A stretch of DNA of 64,000 nucleotides from Selaginella moellendorffii (lineage: Eukaryota; Plantae; Lycopodiophyta): the NCBI RefSeq assembly GCF_000143415.4, contig NW_003314275.1:625955-689954 (forward strand), written 5' to 3'. Positions 11,801-22,417 of this stretch are shown here, in pieces (positions within the stretch are counted from its first letter, which is position 1; each line of letters starts with the position of its first letter). The translations under genes and the position numbers were made by a program. Below the pieces are notes generated by a model. It was not told the DNA's origin. It saw only the letters and a list, made by a program, of their open reading frames with translations, and searched no databases.

Positions 11801-14697
11801 GAGAGGAATGTGTAAAGACTTTTTCTAATTGACGCAAAGAACAAGCCTTGGACAAGAACAGTGCTAGCACCATGCTCGCAGCAGCGACAGGATGCAGTCT
11901 GGAAACTTCGGCTCCAGCAGCAATCCGAGGATCAACCACGTCCCTTTCCTTCATAGCGAAGCACGCAGCCAGTGATCTTAGCTGAAGGTTTCAAGACCGT
12001 GCAAGTTGACTTATACACTAGTCACCGTTTACTGTAACTTAAAGCAAGTTTACCTTTCCCTTTACTTTAACTTTTGTGTTATTAAATTATGAAATATTTT
12101 AGGGTTTTAATCAGGGTAGTTTGGATTGTGATAAGGCACGATTAGTAAAATTGCATGCACTGTTTTTCACATAGAAATGAAGATGATTACTGTTTTCCAA
12201 AAAACATAAAATGCTTTAATTAGAATAATGGACAACAAAATTTGTAAACGTGAATATTAGCTTGTGTAGATGCCCCAATAGAATATTCTTTCTAATCTAT
12301 GATCACATCCACTCATGCCATTCATACTTCAACCCATCCCCATTTTGATCATTCCTTATACTAGGGTTTTCAATTTTTCCTCAGCAGTGTGAGCAAGCCC
12401 CATGGCACACTAGTGCATAGGTAAATTAATGTTGGGTGTTTTTTGGTTTATTTAGGTAGTGTATCTTTAGTTTTTTAGCCACTCCTCACCCATGGTTGAC
12501 TACAAAATCACTATTATAGCTCCATGTCCATATGCTGTCTCTTTTATTGAGATAATTCAAAGAACTAGCCTCTAGGATGTGATCTCTAACTAAGTTTTGG
12601 CATACAAAGGAATTCATCACTATATATACTATATATAAGTTTATGTAATTTATAATAATTACTTAACTGTGTAACTGAAAACTTGGAGGTTGGGTCTAGA
12701 GACTTGATGCAAGCAACTTCCCTTGAGGAAGAAAAAACTTGCACTTTGCAGAATTGAGTTGGATGCTGTAAAAATGATATAGCTGGAAAATGGTTTGCAA
12801 ATCCTCAATCTAGTGTTAAAGTTATATAAGTTGTCAAGTTATGAAAGGCAAAGTTTCCCTAAACTAGAATTTGTATTAAATAAGAATATTTGGAAATATA
12901 ATAAATAGAAAAATATTTTATGTTTATTTTGTTTATAAATATTTGATTTGATAAGAACTAAGAGAAGATAATCATTATAAAATTATAAACCTCTGCCAAG
13001 AGTAGATAAAATTTCTTAACTAAGATGATAACATAATAAGTAGAGCAACTCAAGGGTGGCAAAGAGATTAGAAGTTTTGCTAAAGTGAGGTTTAAGGTTT
13101 CTTTCTTAGTAAAATAGCACTTGTGCTTTTTAGGTATGTGTGTTAAATGTGTTTGTAATGAATAGATCTAAAACTGTAGTCATAGTGTATGGATCATAGC
13201 ATAGTAAACATTAAGTTTTTCTATGTTTTAGTTGATATAGAATATATTTGAGTTCTATTATGCAAGCATGTCTATGCATTACATAATATCATAAAGAAGT
13301 TATTTCTTTTTATCATATATGCATAGCTGAAGAAAGTCACATAATCTTAGAACTAGATATATTTGAACTAAATGTAGAACCAAATATCAGCAAAGCTAAT
13401 GTGAAAATAATTAATTGAAAGAATGTGATCTGCTATTAACTTGGATGGAGAACCTAGCAGCAAAATAGATATTAAAGTCAATAAAGGGGTGAGACAAGCA
13501 TTTTGACACATACAAATTATTAGAGTCATAACTGTTGAGTATCATAACTCCATTCCTCACAATATACACTAAACTAAATATTCCCATAAGAAGTAGATAC
13601 TCTTTCTTAGATTGATATCTTTGGAAGGAAATCAACTTGTATGCACAGTGTGGGAGATTCAAATTATAGCCATTCCACATGCAGTCTTTCCAAAATGAGT
13701 TGAGCTATCCCTATTGCATAATCTAAGTTTAGTTTTCACTCGGAAAATGAATATGCCCATCTATTGCCCATGACATGCTCATCATATAATACCCATAATC
13801 TATATGAGTGGACATTAAATATATTCATTAACCTATGTAGACAGATCATGATCAGATTACACAAGGTTAAGAGGGATATGTGCCAAAGTGTCCTTGGGGC
13901 GCTAGAGAGCTTCAGGGTATTTATATGGCACCTAGATTGAATCTCAAGGTGTGACTTGAGTGCCACTCTCCCAGTAGTAGCCATGTATTCTTTATTATTA
14001 TGGTTAACAAGAGATTTAGGAAAACTACACTTACACGCTTAGTAGCACAGGAATCTAGTGGTATAGATGATAGTCTTTTAAACTCAAAGAGTGATCAAGT
14101 GAAGGCATACTATAACTCTTTGTGAACTTATTGAAGAAGCACTGTGAATCATCTGTTGCGACCATGCCAATGTTCGAGAAAAGAAAAAAAAAAGCGAACT
14201 TGTATATAAAAAAAACTCATTTTTACAGTAAAAAATGTGTTCGTCAGCTTTTTACCTGACTCGAGACACTGAATTCTCGCCTCACTGCAAACAAAACCAC
14301 CGCTTCTCTCAATCCCAATCACCGAAAAAACTCAAAACAATCCATTTTTCTCTTGTTTTCGTTTTCCACGGCATTGTCAGTGATGGCTGCGTCGAGCAAA
14401 GTAGTCACAGCAAGCTTCCAGAAAAGGGAAATTCCATTCCATTCCTTCTGGAGACAAAGATCTCCCCAGCCAAAGTAAAACAAACAAACACTTCCGAAAT
14501 CCCCGTACGAGAAAAAGACTAGTTTCGTCCTCCAGTGAAGAAAGAGAAAAAAAGAAGAGAACGATCGATCCAATCATAGCTTCTCTTAGGAACGAACAGG
14601 AGAACTAAAATCTCACTCCTAGAGCTCGATCGCTCAATCAATCGATCAATCAATCAATCAGAGAATGCGAGGAGAAAACCCAGATCGATTCGTTCCA

Positions 14698-16155
14698 TCA
14701 GTGACCAGTGATCTCCTCTGCCGAGGATCGGTGATGGTGTTTGTCTCTACCCATTAACCATTGCAGCGTTCTCCTCGCAATCGACACGGTGGTCATTGAT
14801 GATGTCGCAGAGCCCGTACTCTTCATCTCCGCGTTCGTACTACACACCGACGCCTGGTCCCAACTGCATACCGCCGCGGTACCACCGGTGCCGCCGGCGG
14901 TACTGCCCTGCTGCTCGTGCGAGCTTCCCCTGTTCTTCCACCACCACACCGCCGGCTGCTGCGGCTCCTCGTGCTGCTGCTGCCCTTGATCCACATTCAG
15001 CCGGAACGAGAAGGATTTCACCTTGTCCGAATCGAAGCTCTTCTCGCCCACGCTGCTGGGCGCCTTGGAGTTCCTCCTCCACGGTGCCCAGCTCAGGAAC
15101 GATGACGCCCGCGACGTACCGCCGGCGGCTAGCATTGGTCGCGGATCAATGTCGATGGTGACCCACGGACTGCCGCCCTCGCGCTCAGGTATACACTCGG
15201 ACAGTGCCGCGCGGTGCCCGGGCGTACCGCGCGGCGGCGGCCACTTTCTGTGCATGGGCGTTGGCGCGATCACCACCAGTGCTACTTGCTGCTGCTCTCC
15301 TCCTCCCGCACCGCCAGTGGATGGATCCAGGACGTATTCGTAGGATCCCATGGAGTAGGATCGCCGGCTCAAGGCCGCGGTCTCGGAGGGCGCTGTCGAT
15401 TCTTCTCCCGAGTTTGCTGCCGCTGGGCAGAAGCGCCCGAGCTTGACTGGCAGCACTCGCAGCGATTCCTGGCGGCCGCCCGCGAGATCTAGCGATCCTC
15501 CCACGCCTCCCTCCTCGGCGATGGAGGACTCGGCCCCAAAGCTGGCGGCGCTGACGCTGCTACTGGCGCCGAAGGACTCGACCCTCATACCGCCCGGCAC
15601 CGCCGCGGTACAGCCCGAGCTGGAGGCGTCGGGCACGAGGCTGCAGCGGCACAGCGGGCAAGTGGAGTGGGACAGCAGCCAAGTGTCGATGCATTCGATG
15701 TGGAAGGCGTGGCTGCACTTAGGGAGGAGGCGCAAACGATCGTCGCCGGAGAACTCGTTGAGGCATACCGCGCAGTCCGCCCCCTCCTTGAGGCCGCGTA
15801 CCGCGCGGTACAGGAAGACGGGCAGCGCGTCGATGAATGCCTGCTCTACGCCCGAGTCGTGGAGGTGGAAGAGGTGCTGGAGCTGGCCCTGGAGCGAGTT
15901 GAGCGACCCACTGCTGTTGTTGCGCCGCGAGAGGCCATTGTTGGTGGATGCCGATGGGCGAGCGAAGCAGCGCGCGAGAAGATGGAGGAATCCCGAGAGG
16001 AAGAACACCACCGTGATGAGAACGATGATGACGACGACACTGGGGCTGAGCTGCGGCGTGCCGCTGGCGGCGCCGGCGGTACCGCCCGCGGCACCCGCGC
16101 CGGAAGGGCTGCTCGTCTCTGGATCGAGGTCCCGGATGCTGAAGGAGAGCGGCAT
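14698..16155 (-). CDS. ATL-family RING-H2 E3 ubiquitin ligase (ATL13/46-like), intronless
   Basis: N-terminal TM helix, LQGQLQHLFHLHDSGVEQAFIDALP (GLD region), RING-H2 CAVCL.EF...LRLLPKCSHAFHIECIDTWL.SHSTCPLCR, and RRSYSMGSYEYV motif. Confidence 0.95.
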   Translation of the reverse strand: MPLSFSIRDLDPETSSPSGAGAAGGTAGAASGTPQLSPSVVVIIVLITVVFFLSGFLHLLARCFARPSASTNNGLSRRNNSSGSLNSLQGQLQHLFHLHDSGVEQAFIDALPVFLYRAVRGLKEGADCAVCLNEFSGDDRLRLLPKCSHAFHIECIDTWLLSHSTCPLCRCSLVPDASSSGCTAAVPGGMRVESFGASSSVSAASFGAESSIAEEGGVGGSLDLAGGRQESLRVLPVKLGRFCPAAANSGEESTAPSETAALSRRSYSMGSYEYVLDPSTGGAGGGEQQQVALVVIAPTPMHRKWPPPRGTPGHRAALSECIPEREGGSPWVTIDIDPRPMLAAGGTSRASSFLSWAPWRRNSKAPSSVGEKSFDSDKVKSFSFRLNVDQGQQQHEEPQQPAVWWWKNRGSSHEQQGSTAGGTGGTAAVCSWDQASVCSTNAEMKSTGSATSSMTTVSIARRTLQWLMGRDKHHHRSSAEEITGH

Positions 16156-16672
16156 GACTGGCGACGCATGAATCGACCCAGATGGGCGAATCGAGAGAGG
16201 AGACTACCCAACAGCGCGATTCCTGTGAAGATCACAGCTTCTCACCGGCATTTCGATCTTCTGGAGCGAATTCCCCCCTTTTCCATCCTACCCAGTGGGG
16301 AGAAACCAATCAAGCTAGCGTAGATCTATCCCAGCCTACCAATGTCGATCGGATCGATCTAGCACGCGCTCCTCCTGGGAATTCTGGTTGCGGCATTGCG
16401 ATCCATCCAATCCAGTGATGCATTCAACCCAGCTGCTGGCTGGAATCTCTGGCCACAGTAGGTGGGTTTGTTGTAGAACATTCATTGCCCTCCCCTGCAA
16501 ATCTGGAAACAAACAAAAAGAAATTTCTTCCTGTGAGAGGGCAAAAATCTCTCCTTCACTCCTCCATCGCCCTCTCTCAATCTCGCTCGCTCGCTCGCTC
16601 GAATTGACCAGTAGGAGAAAGAACGAGACGAGAGAGAGAGAAAGCTTTAATTCGAGATTTTAGGGCAGGGCT

Positions 16673-16720
16673 CCCACGTCGTCATGGAGTTCGACGTGGC
16701 GCGCGGTGGTGCCACGTGGC
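16673..16720. promoter_or_regulatory. Cluster of ACGT-core elements (ABRE/G-box) upstream of the ATL gene
   Basis: cccacgtc, cgacgtggc and palindromic gccacgtggc within about 50 bp. The G-box recurs at the starts of repeat blocks 2 and 3. Function not shown. Confidence 0.45.
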
Positions 16721-18800
16721 GGGTTTGGCGGGCAGTCGTGTCACTGCAATTCAAAAAAACAGGAGGGTGCTTTCAGTTCAGACATGAAGAGCATTCAATG
16801 CAAACGATGCCTTTCCCAAAAAATCATAAAATAAAGATTTAAAAGAAACGTTTTGTTTCATCGTTGGTGAGTACCTAAGTTGTCAAATCCTTGCTTAGAA
16901 TCTGGGAATTTATTTTGATGACATGAGCAAAAATTCGGAGCTCAATCTTCCCAAGACTTTTCCGAATGCCAGAGTGAGGTGATCATTGGATACCCAAAGC
17001 AAGTTTACTAGTACTACGGTAGAAATTAAGAACCGAGGTTTTTTCTGTTTATTCCCACAAGTTCCTCGTTTCTTGCCCTTTGTTTGCAACACTCCATACA
17101 AGGAGTGATTTTTGGAGGGAAGTTTGCAACTTCAAGCCACTTGATTGATTTAACCAGACAAGAACTATCTCTTTGCTTAGAATATGGTCATCTTTGCCTT
17201 AACGAATATTCCTAAAATATCCAGCTATATTTTAGGAACAAAATTTTATACTTTAATTCTTTTATAATCCTGTTTTATACTAATTTACTAGAATTATATA
17301 CCTCAATTTGATTTCATGCTTCTACACCATACCACGATTTATAGCCCCAAAAGTATATATGGTTTCCATAGAGATTTTAGAAAAACTAAAGGTGAAAAGG
17401 ATATATCACAAATATCCAAGTCTATACCTCAATCTAATTATTGATTTTCTTAGTTAGTTAGATAACCACCTAATAAACACCAAAAGCCATTCCGGTTATT
17501 ATGTGGTTATTCCATTTTTCCCTGAAAATGGCAGGTAGGCAGCAGATTTCTCCATTATACATGGTAGGTTTTAATTTGTATACCTAAGAAAGTTTTAAGA
17601 TAACTGAGCAAAATGCCTAATTAAGTAAATAAGGAGAGCCCTAGTTTTAGTGAGAATATTACTATCAAATCAAAGTAAAATACTTCTCTATAGTTATTTG
17701 TATTGAATAAATTCTCTCAAATATTCCCAGAAAACTCTATGCCTATGATAATATAAAATTTATTCTAATTATATAATATAAAATATACAACTTATTTATA
17801 ATGCTAAATTTATAGCTTGTATTAATTAAAATCTTGTTTTTTTTTTCATTTGTGCAACTTCTTTTGTTCATATTATTAAGGACAGAATGTAAATATTCTT
17901 GATAGTTCTTAGGGTAATCATTCAAAAGTGACATGATAGTTTTAAGAAGAATCATTTATATTAATTATGTAATTACTTTAGTATTTAAAGATAATTAGGT
18001 TACTTTATAATGTATTATCTATTCTCATTTTATTTCTTACTTATGGCTGGGAAAAATGTTCTATATATGTTGACTTTACTTTTTCTTTTTATATTAACTT
18101 TTATTTTTATAGCTAAAAGTGCACCACTAAAAACATGTGGTGAACATTGTGAAACAGATGATGAATGCAAGGATCAAATTGCATGTGTTGATAAAATTTG
18201 CCAAGATGATCCAGATATGAATACTAATCTTTGTCCAAATATAGGTAAGAAAATTTCACCACCTCCATTTGATACTTTATCTCCTCCTGATGAGGATTTA
18301 ACTCCTCCCAATTTTAAATAAATGTAATGCTAAGAACCTTACCAAATAAAATAAAATAAAATAAAAATTATGTTATTCAAGTTAGTGTATTGATTAATGC
18401 ATGTTGCTTTAGACGATTTATATCAGATAACTTTTAAAAAATTCAAGGAATTTAAAATTGATTATTTTGTGAAATTTTCTTTAAAAATGTGTTAAATTAT
18501 AATTTATTCCTAATAATAGTAATTTGTTAGCTAATTTAAGGTTTAGGTATATCTTGAATATATTCAAAAACACTTCAATCTAACAATTGTGATTTTTCCA
18601 CTATAAAACCTTCTCTAATTCATTGATAATCACTTAGTTAATAATATTACAATTATTTTTTAAATTTCCTCTCAATTCTCAATTTAGGACCAACCACCCT
18701 TCTGATCTTATAAATTTAGCAAACTCTAAAAGTTTATTACGTTAGTTTCATATATTAGTTCTTTGTTAGCTATAGTTTTATTAATTTTAATACAAGTTTT
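16705..18800 (+). repeat. Segmental repeat block, copy 1 (promoter region + kissper-like gene + 3' flank)
   Basis: Colinear with 23942-25975 and 31233-32805, with substitutions and small indels. Confidence 0.92.
18043..18321 (+). CDS. Secreted cysteine-rich peptide, kissper-like domain only (92 aa), copy 1
   Basis: Hydrophobic signal peptide, then C-x3-C-x5-C-x5-C-x4-C-x10-C with DDP (CGEHCETDDECKDQIACVDKICQDDPDMNTNLC), then Pro/Asp-rich tail and stop, followed by AATAAA repeats. Confidence 0.8.
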   Translation: MAGKNVLYMLTLLFLFILTFIFIAKSAPLKTCGEHCETDDECKDQIACVDKICQDDPDMNTNLCPNIGKKISPPPFDTLSPPDEDLTPPNFK

Positions 18801-19404
18801 TATAATAAGAAATTTTGTTATGGGAATAACAATATTAATTAGGGTTAGACCCCTTATCATATACATGACACAAATCCCTAAGCCCTAAAGTGGAGCAGAA
18901 AAAGCACCATATTTTAGTAGTCAAAGCAAAAGTCTAATAAATGTAATATGTTTAGACCAAAGGCTTTAACTTAAAAAGTTGAGAATAGAAGTGAAATCCC
19001 AAAAAAAGTGCTCAAAGAATGAGTTTCTAAAAAGGGACACAAGAAGGACTACCATATGGCAAATGTCATGATGCATAGAAGTGTCAAAAACAAGGAGTCT
19101 GAGAAGGAATCTAAGATACAGTGCAAAAAAGAGTTCAAGATGGAGTCCAAGAAGGAATTTAAGTGTGAGACATAAAATCCCTAGGCCCCAAAGTGGAGCC
19201 AGAAGGGTGCCATGTGGTAGTGGCCGAAGCGAAAGCCAAACGAGTGTAACATGTTTGGGCCAAAAGCTCCGACTTGAAAGGTCGAGAGCGGGAGTGGAAC
19301 TCCTAACGAAGTGCTCGAGGAATGAGCACAAAGCGAGCAATAAGCGAGGCTCCAAAAAGGGACCCAAAAGGATCAACATATGACACGTGGAAGTGTCCGA
19401 GAAG

Positions 19405-19862
19405 GACCCCGAGATGGAGTCCGAGGTGGAGTCCGAGATGGAGTCGGATGTGGACCTAAGATGGATCCAAAATTGAGTCCAAGACGGACCCGAGATGGAG
19501 TCCGAGATGGACCCGAGATGGACCCGAGATGGACCCGAGATGGACCCGAGATGGAGTCCGAGATGGACCCGAGATGGAGTCCGAGATGGACCCGAGATGG
19601 AGTCCAAGATGGACCCGAGATGGAGTACGAGATGGACCCGAGATGGACCCGAGATGGAGTCCGAGATGGACCCGAGATGGAGTCCGAGATGGAGTCCAAG
19701 ATGGACCCGAGATGGAGTCCGAAGTCAAGACCGAGACTGGGGCCGAGACCGGGACCGAGGCCGGGACCGAGGCCGAGACCGAGATCGGGACCGAGACCGA
19801 GGCCGAGACCGAGTCCGAGTCCGAGTCCGAGTCCGAGTCCGAGTCTGAGTCCGAGTCCGAGC
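19405..19862 (+). repeat. Tandem array inside the LTR: 11/12-mers gagatggaccc/gagatggagtcc, then 6-mers gagacc/gagtcc
   Basis: Directly visible; a decayed version lies at about 26440-26950. Confidence 0.95.
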
Positions 19863-20340
19863 CTGAGAGGGTGAAAGCCCAAAGCGTTCGTCTCCCAGAC
19901 CCTGGGGGGTTTGGTGAGCTCCAAAAGTATAGTAAGGGGAGGACTGCAATGGAGCCAGTTTGGCCAGAAAAGGCCAGTTTGGCCCAGGAAGGCCGGACCC
20001 AGTGTTGGGTGATGAGCTGCCCACTGGGAAGTCCAAGACTAGAGTGAACACGGACCAACAAGTGGGGTAGCTTGGTGAAGTGTTCAAGAGCCGGGTCTAG
20101 TTCCCTCGGGAGATCGACTGGCCGATGCTCCTAGTCCAAGTGTGGGTGGCACTACCTACTTGGATACCTGGCGTGGCTCAACGGAACCTCACTCTAAGCC
20201 CATGGCTAGAGCACCCAAAGGCAGAAGGCGAGGAGAGTACCTATGAGGCCCGCGCAGGGCCACGGTGTTCCGAAATGTTGTCCCCAAAGGCCCAGACTGT
20301 GGAAAGGAGGAGGAGTAGTCCTCTAGTGTAGTGACCAAGG

Positions 20341-20933
20341 TGTAAGCAACCAAAGAGAACGACTTGAGAGATGATCCATAGGGTTCAAACATAGAGGGAA
20401 AGGGCCTATGAACAAGAGTGCACCCCCTTTTCCAATCGGTTAAGGGTCTTGGGATAATTAGAGTTAAGCGTCTTTGGGTTTGAATAGTACTGGGCTGGGT
20501 GACCTCTCGAGAAGTCTAAACTCAGGAGCTTACATTTGGTATCAGAGCGGTCTCGGGTCCAACTCTGTTGGTTGGCTAAGGGAATCACACCACATGTTAA
20601 TTGACATCTGGCTGGTCCAGTTTGCTCCCGCTGGGCTCGACCCGAGGGGTAGGGTGTCAAGAGAGCGAGGCTCTCGGGAGAGCTGCGGCTCTCAGCTTCT
20701 GTTCACGAGGGCGTGAACTTGCAGGGAAGCGTGGTGGATTGTAAGCAACCAAAGGGAACGACTCGAGAGACGATCCATGGGGTTCAAATATAGAGGGAAA
20801 GGGCCCATGAATAAGAGTGCATCCCCTTTTCCAAACGGTTAAGGGTCTTGGGATATTTGGGGTTAAGCGTCCTTGGGTTTGAATAGTACTGGGTTGGGTG
20901 ACCTCCTGGGAAGTCCAAACTCAGGAGCTTACA
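20341..20933 (+). mobile_element. Cassandra-type TRIM (non-autonomous LTR element with 5S rRNA-derived LTR core)
   Basis: Two 194-bp LTRs (20341-20534, 20740-20933; TGTAAG...CTTACA), PBS TGGTATCAGAGC (tRNA-iMet) at 20537-20548, purine-rich tract at about 20723-20738, TSD CAAGG on both sides, 205-bp non-coding interior. Each LTR contains a 5S rRNA boxA-IE-boxC-like segment. Confidence 0.93.
20862..20916 (+). ncRNA. 5S rRNA-derived fragment (internal Pol III promoter region) in the 3' LTR; second copy at about 20462-20516
   Basis: GTTAAGCGTCCTTGGGTTTGAATAGTACTGGGTTGGGTGACCTCCTGGGAAGTCC aligns without gaps to plant 5S GTTAAGCGTGCTTGGGCGAGAGTAGTACTAGGATGGGTGACCTCCTGGGAAGTCC (recalled sequence). 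Confidence 0.88.
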
Positions 20934-21612
20934 CAAGGATACAGTCGAGTGGTGAGGAAGTCCCAGAGGGCCGTGGGACTTAGTGGTCGGGCCTGTGGGC
21001 CTCGATTCAGTGGCAGTGTTGGCGAACACGGCCATGGGCAGAAAGGGACTTGGTGAAGGCCGGAAAAGGGATATTGGGAAGGTTATTCCCCATGTCTGTG
21101 GGCATCCTAAGGATGCTAAGGAGTGGATCTGGAATGATCACTCATGGACGGATGATCTAGTCCTTGAGAGATGGGACTGTGATGCAGATGGTGTTAGCCC
21201 ACTAGTGTGACTAAGGTAAAGGGGCATGGCCTTAGCGTAATGGGCTGATATGTTGGTGGTGCCTTGGGGTGTCGGTCATGGGATCGGACACGTGGAGCAC
21301 TTGGATCAAGTGCATAGGTTGAGTGGCGGGGATGCCATTCTCAGGGCTAGCAAGCCCAAGTCCGAAATAGGACTTATGGAGGTTGTGAGTGAGACTTCTC
21401 CAAGTGGTCGGAGGTGTGGTTAAATGACTAAAGTAGAATGGAAAATTTAGTCGCTTACATTAAGATGGAGTTTGAGAAAGAGTTTGAGATGGAGTTTGAT
21501 ATAAACCCCAGATGGAGTCTGATATAGACTTAGAGTCCGAGACCAAGTTTGAGTTCGAGTTGAGTCTGAGTCCAAAGGGTGAAAGCCTAAAGTGATTGTC
21601 TCCCAAACCCTG

Positions 21613-22417
21613 GTGTGGCGAATTTGACTTCGAGTATCAAAAGTTACCTGTTGGCCAGTCCTTATGGACACTCTTTCCTTACTGCCATGACAGCAGGAGG
21701 TAAGTATTGCTAGACCCTTTATCAGTCCCTCTTGTGCTAGTGGAGTTAAGTGGGCATTTCGAGTGTACTTAAACCGGACGAGCATAAGGACAGAATTCCT
21801 ACGTGCTATTAGCTAAACACACTTAGCCCGATAAGGAGTTCCTGTCTCATTGTGTCTTGCACTGGCTAGTGATAATAACCCTCCTATATTGAGACTAGTC
21901 CCTTAATATTGCTGGATAATAGCTTACTATGTTTGCCAAACACCTTTGCTATTATGCCCTTTGTGTTAGTTTCATTTTGATCTTAAATTCTATTTATGAA
22001 AAGTGTCTAGATTTGCTCATTTGGCATATCTACAGAATGTAAAGATTGTTCTGAACACAATGGTGTTCATCCCGTGTCCAAATTCACAATCTAGGGATAT
22101 TTCATATTTAGTAAATTTCAAACTTATCCCAGAGACTAACTCCTAATACTAAAGGATGCTTGGGGTGAAAGCCCAAAGCATGTTTTGCTCAAGGGGGGGG
22201 GGGGGGGGGATGTGGGATAGTAGGGATAGTGGGTAGGTCAGGCATGCCTGACCAATCGAAGGCATAATCTAGTTCCCACTTGTGTGCTTGTCCTTGTTCT
22301 ACGTCTGACTTGGGCCTAAGCCCAAGTTCCATTCCATACTAGTTGGTGGAATACCCATGTCCTTGCATTAGGCCACAGATATGCCGAAATAGCGCCAGGC
22401 TCCGTTTGGCTCCGTTT
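21613..22417 (+). mobile_element. Probable fragment of a different LTR retroelement (poly-G PPT followed by TGT start)
   Basis: Long G run at about 22193-22209 followed by a-TGTGGG; sequence unrelated to the flanking LTR family. No second LTR seen. Confidence 0.35.

Larger units (their letters stand above)
19164..21459 (+). mobile_element. Solo LTR (about 1.7 kb without the nested TRIM) with 5-bp TSD TTAAG
   Basis: Termini TGTGAG...CTTACA, TTAAG at 19159-19163 and 21460-21464, and colinear with the LTR at 26196-27906. Confidence 0.9.
18862..21612 (+). mobile_element. Old, AT-decayed LTR fragment interrupted by a younger solo LTR of the same family
   Basis: 18862-19163 is a degenerate version of the solo-LTR 5' end (aaatccctaagccctaaagtggagc...). 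It resumes at 21460 with decayed gagatggagt repeats and gggtgaaagcctaaag. Confidence 0.75.

Noticed and set aside
12050-14200. AT-rich region with short ORFs; MATTG weakly recalls a Pif1/Helitron helicase motif
   Set aside because: Single short motif with no other helicase motifs or termini; probably decayed repeat DNA but not assignable.
14741-16323. Long antisense and alternative-frame ORFs over the ATL gene (similar ones over the PPR, RLK and NPH3 genes)
   Set aside because: Expected shadow ORFs of GC-rich coding sequence; no recognisable motifs.
19405-19862. CRISPR-like array
   Set aside because: No unique spacers, no cas genes, eukaryotic context.
18966-20087. Overlapping ORFs with SD, RP, ES and LG repeats, resembling adhesins or SR proteins
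   Set aside because: Artefacts of the stop-free tandem array inside the LTR; open in several frames on both strands.
20462-20916. Genuine 5S rRNA genes
   Set aside because: Only about 55 nt of the roughly 120-nt gene is present, the 5' part is missing, and both copies lie within LTRs.
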